Shown here piece by piece: positions 8,871 through 18,189 of a stretch of 64,000 bases of DNA (positions are counted from its first letter, which is position 1; the number at the start of each line of letters is the position of its first letter). The DNA is from an uncultured Candidatus Poseidoniales archaeon (GTDB lineage: Archaea; Thermoplasmatota; Poseidoniia; Poseidoniales; Thalassarchaeaceae). The stretch is from positions 22,098 through 86,097 of the forward strand of contig CAWVXH010000001.1 in NCBI GenBank assembly GCA_963934165.1, given 5' to 3'. Both the position numbers and the translations under genes were made by a program. The notes below the pieces were generated by a model that saw only the letters and a program-made list of their open reading frames with translations, ran no database searches and was not told where the DNA came from.

Positions 8871-11800
8871 TTAAGTCGTCCTATCATCGTATCGAATTGG
8901 AGAACCACTATTTCCACGGACACCATCGAGCATATCGTCTTCGATTTCAAAGAAATCGTTCAACCAATCGCCATCGGTATCCCAATTTGTTGGATCAGTC
9001 CCATCAACGATTTGATCACCATCTATATCCAAAACCCACCAACCGAATACGTATTCTCCAAGTCCAGTATTCGGTAAATGGTACTGATCTCCAGCGAAGC
9101 GTTGCCATGAATCTGTCCATTCACCACTACACAATGTTTGATCATCAGAGGTGTCAAGATATTGGTAATCAACATCGTTGTCATCAATTATCAGCGCGAA
9201 TAAATCGTCCGCATTATTAATTCGGTACATGCGGAAATAATTCGAATTAATTGCTGCAGAACCAGCACATGTACCGAGAAGAGATTCTCGTAATTGCCAC
9301 CATTCTTGCACATAATTACCCGAACAATCGTAGAGCATAGCTTGTCGAACTAGCGTAGGTGAGGATAGAGTAGCGTTAACCACACCATAGTATTCTTGGA
9401 AATTATTGTACTGTTGATAAATGCATGAGCCACTAGAACATTCCCATCCCCCGTCTTTATCTGCATCTTGTCCAGCATCATCTGGATCGGTTGCATCATG
9501 GGTAAACCAAACCCAATTCAAAATAGGGCGAGCAATTATTCCTCCAGTAATATCAACAGGTTTCCAATTATTTACCGTTACTTGCTGCCATTGAACTTCG
9601 ATTTTTAGATAAGAAGACCAGTTGTCATTCGTTTCATTCCAGCCCCGATAATATTCATAGAAATCAGGCATCATATCGCCATCTGTATCATTATCGAGTG
9701 GATTTGTTCCATACTTGAACACCTCGCGCCCATCGCTCAAATTCATATTTTGAATATAATCGGTTACTTCACCGTTCAGGAAGACAGGTTCCATCACCAT
9801 CGAGTCATCATCTGAATCGGGATTGAGAGGAAGCGTACCATTCTCATATTCCATTAGATTACCAAAGAAAAGCCCAAGAGAACCATGACCAATCTGCATA
9901 TCGGTACCGAGGGCGGTAAATTCACGACTTTCCCAGGCACCTTGTGTTGCAGGGGTGTCGAGCCAGTTGCGGTCATACCAACCATCGGCATCTGGATCGT
10001 AATCAACATCCAACGGATTTATTGGATTCATCGACCAGCGATAATCATTAATTGGGAGAAATTCGCCATATATTGAGAAACAGAATTCCCAACCGTCCGG
10101 CATACCATCACGATCTGAGTCATCGTCAGTAGGGTCGCTAACACCAGCTAGGCTGATATTGAAATTATTTGAATCATGTTGATTGATTAGACCAGCACGT
10201 TCAGCGGAAATCAAACTTTTTGACACGAATTGAACATAAAGTTGGCCGAATGCTGCACTAGGAAGCATTCCTTCTTCATCGATGTAAGCATTAACTGCAT
10301 CAGCTCCGTAGGAGACTAAGCCGGTTCCGTTTGGTATAGTATCAATTGCAGTTTTCTTTCCATAGATTCTACTCTCAAATTCTGCGAGATTGTCAAATGA
10401 TTCGGAATCTGATATAATCCCATCATCATTGCAATCGAAGGAATCGCCATCAGAATCAACGTGAATATCAGTATCGGTTAATGGATTCATTTCCCATTGG
10501 TTGCTCTCTAAATTCCATTCGGTAAACCAATATTCGTAACCATCGCTCATCCCATCTCGATCAGTGTCATCTGAAGTTGGATCTGATACACCAAGCAATG
10601 CTTGCAACAGTGGCTTAGCGGGCTTACCTTCCTGCCAGTCTTGGAATTGCTCAAGCGCGATTAACGCCCGACCCTCTTTATTGAATAGAATGCGATAAAC
10701 TCGATTCACCGCTTCATCTGGGTCGAGCAATTCTGCCTCTTCCCACATTCGTGGTGCATCAGGCGGAGATAACCCACCGTTCGCAGGGTTGTTAATTGTC
10801 AGATTAAGTTCGATTTGGTCAGTAATGCCATCTCTATCTGAATCATATTGACCGTCTCCGGCAACCAAGGGGTTCAATGTCCAAACATTATTTGTTGAAT
10901 TCCATTTTGTGAAAATTAATTCGATACCGTCCAACAATCCATCCCCATCGGTATCAGGATTGTTTGGATCCGCAGTTAATCCAGTCAAATTTTTCTGTTC
11001 TTCGGACAAGAAAGTTCCGAAGGATTCCGAAGATTCAGCGGATAGCCATGGATTTGCGAGCAGCTCTCCGCCAATTGGTAATAGGTAAAATTGCGGAACT
11101 GTGATTAAATCATCAGTTTCACTCAAATTTCCATCAATGACATTGTATTCTTCCCAATTGTTCATCCCGTCACCGTCAGAATCACCATTTTTGTCACGTT
11201 CATCCACAGGATTCAATGTCCACTTCTCATCGAAAAGACTCCAACGTGCGTAATAAAATTCCCAACCATCAGGCATTCCATCACGATCAGAATCAGCAAG
11301 CAAAGGGTTTCCTGAGCCTACATCAAATGAAGTCGTTCCATTAACCAAACTCCGGTATGCGGGACTGGTGTATTCGCCAAATGATCCTCCTGCAAAATCT
11401 TCCCAAGTTAGATTATAGAGAACGGTAGTGAAATTTTCTGGGAACGGTATTGCATTATTCGTACTATCTCCGAAAATAACTTCAGTCTTCCAATGATATT
11501 CCAGCCAATTAACTAAACTCTCTTCGAGATCGAGTATCCCATCGTGGTTAACATCATAACCATCCCCGTCAGGATTATTCAATGCATCAGAACCATTTAA
11601 TGGATTAATTCCCGCTTCATCTTTACTCCAAGAACAAGTATATCGCGCTTCCCAGCCATCAGGTAAACTATCTCCATCAGAATCGATATTGTTAGGATCG
11701 GTCTTTGTCCAATTCTCAGCAGCCTCAGATGTTTCACCGTGACTCGGCAATCCATCTCGCAATACCTGATCGAGTAAGGCACCCCATTTGTATTCACACA

Positions 11801-14624
11801 AATTCGACAAACCGTCCCCATCTGCATCGAGTTCAGCATCGGCTGAATCTCTTGGATTCAATGTCCAGAGGTTTCCACCGTTATACACATCGCCAATCCA
11901 TCGGCGATGTTCAATCTCCCATCCATCTGGCATTCCATCGCCATCTGAATCTAAGTTGGTTGGATCAGTTGGACCATCGGTTCCGCCACCAGCTCCAGAT
12001 CCTAACCATCCTTCATAATGTACAGTTTGTGCAAAGTCGCCGGCAGTTTCATCACAAATATATACTGCATTCAAATAATGGCAATCAAAATTTGTTGATT
12101 CAGCAAACCATCCCCAGTATTCCTCGCCATCAGTAAGTCCATCGCCATCCGAATCCATCTCCCTTGGATCGGTACCGTTGAAACCCCCCTCGCTGGTAGA
12201 AATAAATCGATATTCGTCAAGATTTGTCCAACTACGATCAATGCCTTCTCCAGACGTAGGAGTGAAGTGAACTCCATCAGCATCGGCATCGCGATTACGA
12301 TCATAGGGGTCGGTAGGATCTAAACCATAGATGAATTCCCAACCATCTGGCATTCCATCCAAATCAGAATCCATCGACATTGGGTCGATAGGCATGATAT
12401 TCATGAATCGTCCGGGTGAGATACCAGCGAATAGGGAAACTCCATCCGTGCTTTCAAGAGTCACCAATGAAGTCACTAATCCAGGAAGATGCGTTTGATT
12501 ATCAGCGAGACCAGTAACACCGTAATGGCCACCATCGAGAACCCATGTTCCATCTCTAGAACCAACAAATATCTCATCATTAGTCGTGTATATCGAATGA
12601 ATATCATTCGCCCCATTTGTCCAACGCTCAAGATTCCACATCCTATCTGTATCGAACGCGCTCTTTGGTGTTGTCACCAATTTTGACAAGTCGGTTAGGT
12701 GCACTCCTCCTGCGGTTCCCATCCAAAATCCTGTGATTTCTTCGAATTCACCAGATGAATCTTTTGAACCTGCATTTACAAGGACGTTTACTATTGCAGA
12801 TTTTGAAACATTCAGTAAATCAGCACGTTGGACATAATTTTCTGCGTTTTCTGAATTGAAAACCCACCAAGGCCAACCTATTGAATCTGAACCATCGGTA
12901 GTATTCCATGCAATTAACCCAGCATCAGTCCCAATAACCAATAATGGGCCACGGCCATCCATCTCAATGTGTAATGCTGCGTTAACAGTAACATCTGCCG
13001 AGCTAAGTAAATCAGAGACATCCTCGCGAAAAATTGGTTCGGAAATCCTCGGCTCTTCGCTTGAATCATCACTGTTGACGACAATTGTCCAAGCCTCCCC
13101 TTTACCAAAAATCATCATTTCAAGTAATCCACTCCCTGTTAATAATGGCACCATAGAGTAAATTGGGCCGATCTCGTGATAGGCCCCCTCAGTATTCAAA
13201 TAAGAGTCAATTTGTGGTAATCCACTCACCAAATCGATGCTCAAAATACCCTCATTGGTTCCTATAATGAGATATTCAGATATGCCATGATTCCAATGAT
13301 GCATAGTGTACATCTCCAAACCATCAGGCAATTCGTAAAGTGTTGAACTCATACTGAATGGGTCGAGAATTGTAATTCCATATCGTGAACCAACAATAAG
13401 TCGATCTCGTTGTTGGTCAGGAATTACGGAATGAACTGCACCGTCAACGAGTTGAGGTGAAGTTGATTGATCAAATGAATAAATTTCATCTCCACTATTC
13501 GTCAAACTGACACCTCGAATACCAGGAGTCACCCAAGCACCACTATCATAGTGTATCATGTATTCTTCGTAATTACTGAATGCCTCGCCCCAAGCTGCGG
13601 TGGCAATCGATGTATCTGGGATAACATAACCATCCCCATCTAAATCCCAACCATCACCATCACTATCGAGGATAGAGTCACTCGCATTTCTTGGATCCAA
13701 TCCATAGTGAACTTCCCAACCATCAGGAATTCCATCGCCCGGAACGGCTAAGCCAATAGCGATAATTTCTGACCAAGTGTAATAATCAGAATCAGACTGA
13801 GTTGGATTGCTTCCTAGCCAACCATCATCACCGGTTTGCCGGCTAATTTCAGTTTGGCAGGCATTCTTGTCCAAACCACTGATTTCTCCCGAACACCATA
13901 ATCCATCACGCTCTGTAATCCAATCATCTGACATACCAAAAGCATACTCCTCTGAATTCGTATACATTTCTCCGCCATCGATTGTACCATCACGGTTGAC
14001 ATCGAAGCCATCGCCGCAGCCAAATGTAAAATCTTGACATCTGTCGATATCATCGTATTGATCGATTGGATTCAACGGGTCGAACCAAAGGCAATTCCAT
14101 GCATTTGTAGCATTAAGATATCCTAAACCACCCTCAGTACACATGAAAATTTCGTAACCATCTGGTAAACCGTCACCATCGGTATCAGCAACACGAGGGT
14201 CGAGAAATTCACGTAATCCAGATTCCGACAACTCAGGTGGTTTACCAGTAAGGGCGATACGATCTGTAAAACACTTGTCGAGAGTGAACGGCCAACAATA
14301 CTCGAGTAAGGCGCTTGCACCATCTCGATCAAAATCAGTCATATTATCAGTTCCGTTAGTAGGATCTAAACCTTTGATGCGAACCACGCCAGTAGATGTT
14401 TCAAGGAGAATTTCATTTCCAAAGAGTGCTTCATGTAAATCGGGGATCTGATCATCGTCAGCATCAGTCACAGGAGGAGCCCCCCCATGTGCGTCACCAG
14501 GGTTGATATGATCGACTGGGGCTTGAGGCCTAGTTTGTGAAACAAAAGCCAAACTACTCAATATCAAGAGAGTCATTAGTACTGCGGACTGCTTGCGACG
14601 CACAACATCATCTCCCCTAGACAA
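8871..14624 (-). CDS. Giant secreted protein (about 1,900 aa) with many thrombospondin-type-3-like Ca-binding repeats flanking a central beta-propeller-like region
   Basis: Uninterrupted 5.7-kb ORF. N-terminal signal-like 'RRKQSAVLMTLLILSSLAFVSQ'. Recurrent 'D.DGDG[ML]PDGWE' units include DTDGDGLPDGYE, DSDLDGMPDGWEF, DSDGDGMPDGWE, DSDRDGMPDGWEF and DTDRDGMSDGYE. The central part is G/S/T-rich strand-like sequence without these repeats. No C-terminal TM helix. The track start is TTG, and an ATG 48 nt downstream is also possible. Confidence 0.8.
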   Translation of the reverse strand: MSRGDDVVRRKQSAVLMTLLILSSLAFVSQTRPQAPVDHINPGDAHGGAPPVTDADDDQIPDLHEALFGNEILLETSTGVVRIKGLDPTNGTDNMTDFDRDGASALLEYCWPFTLDKCFTDRIALTGKPPELSESGLREFLDPRVADTDGDGLPDGYEIFMCTEGGLGYLNATNAWNCLWFDPLNPIDQYDDIDRCQDFTFGCGDGFDVNRDGTIDGGEMYTNSEEYAFGMSDDWITERDGLWCSGEISGLDKNACQTEISRQTGDDGWLGSNPTQSDSDYYTWSEIIAIGLAVPGDGIPDGWEVHYGLDPRNASDSILDSDGDGWDLDGDGYVIPDTSIATAAWGEAFSNYEEYMIHYDSGAWVTPGIRGVSLTNSGDEIYSFDQSTSPQLVDGAVHSVIPDQQRDRLIVGSRYGITILDPFSMSSTLYELPDGLEMYTMHHWNHGISEYLIIGTNEGILSIDLVSGLPQIDSYLNTEGAYHEIGPIYSMVPLLTGSGLLEMMIFGKGEAWTIVVNSDDSSEEPRISEPIFREDVSDLLSSADVTVNAALHIEMDGRGPLLVIGTDAGLIAWNTTDGSDSIGWPWWVFNSENAENYVQRADLLNVSKSAIVNVLVNAGSKDSSGEFEEITGFWMGTAGGVHLTDLSKLVTTPKSAFDTDRMWNLERWTNGANDIHSIYTTNDEIFVGSRDGTWVLDGGHYGVTGLADNQTHLPGLVTSLVTLESTDGVSLFAGISPGRFMNIMPIDPMSMDSDLDGMPDGWEFIYGLDPTDPYDRNRDADADGVHFTPTSGEGIDRSWTNLDEYRFISTSEGGFNGTDPREMDSDGDGLTDGEEYWGWFAESTNFDCHYLNAVYICDETAGDFAQTVHYEGWLGSGAGGGTDGPTDPTNLDSDGDGMPDGWEIEHRRWIGDVYNGGNLWTLNPRDSADAELDADGDGLSNLCEYKWGALLDQVLRDGLPSHGETSEAAENWTKTDPNNIDSDGDSLPDGWEARYTCSWSKDEAGINPLNGSDALNNPDGDGYDVNHDGILDLEESLVNWLEYHWKTEVIFGDSTNNAIPFPENFTTVLYNLTWEDFAGGSFGEYTSPAYRSLVNGTTSFDVGSGNPLLADSDRDGMPDGWEFYYARWSLFDEKWTLNPVDERDKNGDSDGDGMNNWEEYNVIDGNLSETDDLITVPQFYLLPIGGELLANPWLSAESSESFGTFLSEEQKNLTGLTADPNNPDTDGDGLLDGIELIFTKWNSTNNVWTLNPLVAGDGQYDSDRDGITDQIELNLTINNPANGGLSPPDAPRMWEEAELLDPDEAVNRVYRILFNKEGRALIALEQFQDWQEGKPAKPLLQALLGVSDPTSDDTDRDGMSDGYEYWFTEWNLESNQWEMNPLTDTDIHVDSDGDSFDCNDDGIISDSESFDNLAEFESRIYGKKTAIDTIPNGTGLVSYGADAVNAYIDEEGMLPSAAFGQLYVQFVSKSLISAERAGLINQHDSNNFNISLAGVSDPTDDDSDRDGMPDGWEFCFSIYGEFLPINDYRWSMNPINPLDVDYDPDADGWYDRNWLDTPATQGAWESREFTALGTDMQIGHGSLGLFFGNLMEYENGTLPLNPDSDDDSMVMEPVFLNGEVTDYIQNMNLSDGREVFKYGTNPLDNDTDGDMMPDFYEYYRGWNETNDNWSSYLKIEVQWQQVTVNNWKPVDITGGIIARPILNWVWFTHDATDPDDAGQDADKDGGWECSSGSCIYQQYNNFQEYYGVVNATLSSPTLVRQAMLYDCSGNYVQEWWQLRESLLGTCAGSAAINSNYFRMYRINNADDLFALIIDDNDVDYQYLDTSDDQTLCSGEWTDSWQRFAGDQYHLPNTGLGEYVFGWWVLDIDGDQIVDGTDPTNWDTDGDWLNDFFEIEDDMLDGVRGNSGSPIRYDDRTT

Positions 14625-14790
14625 TACTAAGCCACCTTGTTTGATTTATGACGGTGATGGAGCGTCGTTCGGACACGCACGGCTAAAGATGAAAATATGG
14701 TGATGTTACAAAGGTAAGAAAGAAGAAGTAATTCAGTAGATTTAACGGATTGATTCAAGGGGTGTCTGTCGCCGCAATGTATCGATTAAC

Positions 14791-15600
14791 ATGTCGTTAG
14801 AGATAACACCTCTCGGTTCAGGTAGTAGAGGTAATTCGACCTTGTTGAAATCTGGTTCGACAATGGTGCTAATCGATTGTGGATTTTCCTTAAAACAGCT
14901 CGAATTACGGCTGAGTAGAATGAATGTAAATCCTCTTGAGATCGATGGGATTTTTATCACACATCATCATTTAGATCATGCAAGATCTGCAAGACGTGCA
15001 TCAGAAAAATGGGATGCGGTTTTGCATTGCAGCCCTGAAACTGCGATTCGAATGGGATGGACTCCAATCTCTGAGTGCAGAACATTTGGTAATGTTGAAA
15101 GGATTCAAATTAGTGATGAAATGAGCTTATTACCAATTCCAATTCCACATGACGATTCAGATAATGTTGCGGTTATTGCAACAAATGGAGACGGGCATCG
15201 GGCAGCAATAGTAACGGATTTGGGTGAAGCAACCCATGAACTAAAGAGACATCTAAGTGGTTGTTCGCATATTTCTATCGAAGCAAATTATGATGATGAG
15301 CGTTTAATGACGGGCCCATATCCTCATTCATTAAAACGCAGAATAAGTGGACGAGGAGGGCATTTATCCAATCTTCAAACTGCAGAAATTTTACAAGACA
15401 TCATGAATCCAAAACTTCAGAGTATCGTCCTTTGTCATCTTTCTGAAAAAAATAATGCGCCACATCTAGCAGAAAGTGAAGTATTGATGCATATTGGAGA
15501 AGATTATTCCGGCACAATTTCAATTTCAGCCCAAGACGGCCCTGAATTCACAATCCGTGTTGGAGAATTAAAGAATAAAGGTGTAAGAATTCGATTATAA
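14791..15600 (+). CDS. Metallo-beta-lactamase-fold hydrolase (PhnP/YycJ-like)
   Basis: 'LEITPLGSGSRGNSTLL', 'LIDCG' and the HxHxDH motif 'ITHHHLDHA'. Its stop codon directly abuts the stop of the convergent gene at 15601. Confidence 0.75.
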   Translation: MSLEITPLGSGSRGNSTLLKSGSTMVLIDCGFSLKQLELRLSRMNVNPLEIDGIFITHHHLDHARSARRASEKWDAVLHCSPETAIRMGWTPISECRTFGNVERIQISDEMSLLPIPIPHDDSDNVAVIATNGDGHRAAIVTDLGEATHELKRHLSGCSHISIEANYDDERLMTGPYPHSLKRRISGRGGHLSNLQTAEILQDIMNPKLQSIVLCHLSEKNNAPHLAESEVLMHIGEDYSGTISISAQDGPEFTIRVGELKNKGVRIRL

Positions 15601-18156
15601 TCAATGACCCATAATCACTCGGTGCACTGAGTTTTGAACTTCTTTCATTCGATCAACTGCTCCTAATTCTCGGAAAACGGTCAAAGACCTTTGAAGATAA
15701 TCCATTCGTTGAGACCTATCGCTTTCTACCTCTCCTAATCGTGCTAATAATTCTCCTTGAAGGTGGCGGAAATCGTTCGCTTCAGCGAGTGCCAATCCTT
15801 CTAGATAATGTTCTGCAGCCTCATCCTTTTGATTAGCATCGCTGAGAACGTGGCCTAGAAGCATCTGAACTTCGACTGCGCTATGTGGGTCGGCTAATCG
15901 GGATAATACTTCCAATGCTCCTGAATAATGCATCATCGCCAATTCGTTGTCTTTAATCCGTGCATAATATCGACCAAGAACTGCTCGAGAACGTGCATGT
16001 AGAGTTTCATCACCGTTCTCTTTTGTTTCATCGTGAGCAATCATTGCATGATTTCGAGCTCGATCAAGTTCTCCCATCTCAAGGAAGGCGGATGCGAGTC
16101 TGATCCTCGATCCACAAAGTCTAGGGTCGCCTTCCGATTCAAGTAATTCCTCGACATTTCCGTAAACTTCCAGTGCATGACGATTATCTCGACGTCGGCG
16201 GAAAATATAGCCCATATTATTGTAGGATCTAGCTGCAGCAACTGCGTCCCTAATAGAGATTTGAATTTCTAGAGCTTTTCTGTGTAATTCTAATGCATCG
16301 TCGGTAGCGCCCCGCTTTACTGCTATATCTGCCCGAGCAGAATATAGGCGAGCCAATTGATTTCCTAACCGATTCTTTTTCGCGGAAGTAATTGCAGAAT
16401 CATACTCTAATTCAGCCTCATCCCATCGGCCTTGTAACGAAAGAATATTCCCTCTTAATTCACGAACCACACCCCAACCTTGAGCATCAAATCCATCCTG
16501 ATCCAACGCACGTAATATCCCCAATAATTCAGTGTGGCCGGCTTTAACCAGACCATGGCCTTCGTTGGTTAGTACTTCTGCTAATTCTTCAATTCGATCA
16601 GAACTATGAAGATGATAAATAAACTCAATTCGATCGGTTGGGCTATCTTTACGAGTTCGATACCAATCTACTGCTTTACCATGTAACTCTAGTTTGAGTT
16701 CAGATTCCATAGATCTCACTAAAAATTCACGGACTAAATCGTGCACATCATAATTCTCACTATCAGCTTGACGAGCAAGTCCTTTCTCAACTAATTCATC
16801 AAGTAAATCAATAACCACTTTTTGCTCACTAAGTGCATCTAATGACATCGGCTCACGGAATACAGCAATAGATCCTAGTAGCCTCTTTTGTGGCCCAGAA
16901 AGGCGGCTGAAAATTTCTTGCTCGACGAATGCTTCTAATGTTGCGTGGAACGTTCCACCAACACTCCCTCGATTAATCAATTCAAGTATGAGAGGATGGC
17001 CACGAGAAAGTGAATAAATATGTGAGAATTGTGTTGTTTCAATATCAGGCATTGCATTTAGAATTTGCCGGCTTGAATTTTGATCGAGCCCTTCTAGTGG
17101 CATGACCAAAGTCAAAATTTTTCCACTCGAATCTTGGTCAGGAATAACCATACGGAAGGACCGAGAAAACATCATTAGGCCAACTTCATCCAATTTTGGG
17201 AACTTTTTAGAAAGTCCACGTAATGTTGAGATCAACGTTTCATCTCCAACTTTGTGTAAATCATCGATGACGATAAGTGCTGGTGAATAGCCGATTCCTT
17301 CGACAATCAAATCGACTGCGACTGATGCCTGCGGGACTGGAGTCGCAGATAAATAATCAGATAAATCGTTAGAGCCCATCGCAGAGAGCCACTCTCCGAG
17401 CGCTTCAAGAAATGCTCTCGAACCTTCCCAATCTTGGCATCGATGATATATCAGATTACGGCGGTGGGTGAATCTCTCCAATACCTTCCCAGCCAAGGCA
17501 GTTTTCCCAATCCCTGCTATTCCAGGAACCAATATTGAAGATGATTGGGCTTCGAGAAGTTTGACTATATCTTCAACTTCCTTTTCACGGCCGTAAAATT
17601 TTCTTGTTCGAGGCAGATCATTAAGAGAGTAAATCAATTGTTTCTCAATTTGCTTAGATAAATCTCTCTCGATTAATTCTGCTGTAAGAACAGATAAATC
17701 AACCGAACCATTATCATCGATATAGCGAAGAAAATCTACATGACGTAATGGTAAATCGGTTATGTCCAGTGCTGAAGAGAGTACGACCGTCTCAGATCTC
17801 CCATCAGGATGAATTAATCTAACTGGTTGTTGGCTAACAGTATCCCAAATACTATTGGCGACTTCTGCTCCTGCATCGGTCAGAAAATATGCCTTTCTTT
17901 TTCTTGAAACACCAGTAACATGCGCTTGGCGTTCAATAAGTAAACCTTGTTCACGCATTCCAGATATCGCTCGAGGAACATTTGAACGAGCGATAGCAAC
18001 AGCATTTGCAATACCCATCTGGGAGAGGGCGAAAGGAACCTCGACCCTCTCCGAATAATCGACATAATCACGTAGATGCAATAGGATGCGTTCCTGAACA
18101 CCTGGACGTGGCAAGGCCATACTCGTCATACTTCGTCTGCGTGCTAATTCATTCAA
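15601..18156 (-). CDS. STAND-class NTPase: N-terminal winged-helix DNA-binding domain, NB-ARC-like P-loop module, C-terminal TPR array
   Basis: wHTH-like 'ILLHLRDY..FALSQMGIANAVAIARSNVPRAISGMREQGLLIE'. Walker A 'PGIAGIGKTALA' at about 17501-17524. Walker B 'ALIVIDDLH'. At least six TPR-like units lie in the last 300 aa or so (for example 'YNNMGYIFRRRRDNRHALEVY', 'ASAFLEMGELDRARNHA'). Confidence 0.8.
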   Translation of the reverse strand: MNELARRRSMTSMALPRPGVQERILLHLRDYVDYSERVEVPFALSQMGIANAVAIARSNVPRAISGMREQGLLIERQAHVTGVSRKRKAYFLTDAGAEVANSIWDTVSQQPVRLIHPDGRSETVVLSSALDITDLPLRHVDFLRYIDDNGSVDLSVLTAELIERDLSKQIEKQLIYSLNDLPRTRKFYGREKEVEDIVKLLEAQSSSILVPGIAGIGKTALAGKVLERFTHRRNLIYHRCQDWEGSRAFLEALGEWLSAMGSNDLSDYLSATPVPQASVAVDLIVEGIGYSPALIVIDDLHKVGDETLISTLRGLSKKFPKLDEVGLMMFSRSFRMVIPDQDSSGKILTLVMPLEGLDQNSSRQILNAMPDIETTQFSHIYSLSRGHPLILELINRGSVGGTFHATLEAFVEQEIFSRLSGPQKRLLGSIAVFREPMSLDALSEQKVVIDLLDELVEKGLARQADSENYDVHDLVREFLVRSMESELKLELHGKAVDWYRTRKDSPTDRIEFIYHLHSSDRIEELAEVLTNEGHGLVKAGHTELLGILRALDQDGFDAQGWGVVRELRGNILSLQGRWDEAELEYDSAITSAKKNRLGNQLARLYSARADIAVKRGATDDALELHRKALEIQISIRDAVAAARSYNNMGYIFRRRRDNRHALEVYGNVEELLESEGDPRLCGSRIRLASAFLEMGELDRARNHAMIAHDETKENGDETLHARSRAVLGRYYARIKDNELAMMHYSGALEVLSRLADPHSAVEVQMLLGHVLSDANQKDEAAEHYLEGLALAEANDFRHLQGELLARLGEVESDRSQRMDYLQRSLTVFRELGAVDRMKEVQNSVHRVIMGH

Positions 18157-18189
18157 GAATGTTCGTGATGGGTGATAATCAAAGTCTCA

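Noticed and set aside
14654-14706. Two GTGATG motifs 46 nt apart in the 166-nt divergent spacer, considered as C and C' boxes of a C/D-box sRNA.
   Set aside because: No CTGA D or D' boxes occur at the required spacing on either strand. The motifs deviate from RUGAUGA and no terminal stem is present.
15598-15603. Zero-nucleotide spacing between the convergent stop codons of the MBL-fold hydrolase and the STAND NTPase, considered as evidence of functional pairing.
   Set aside because: Convergent genes cannot be co-transcribed. Abutting stops are common in compact genomes, so this is noted only in passing.
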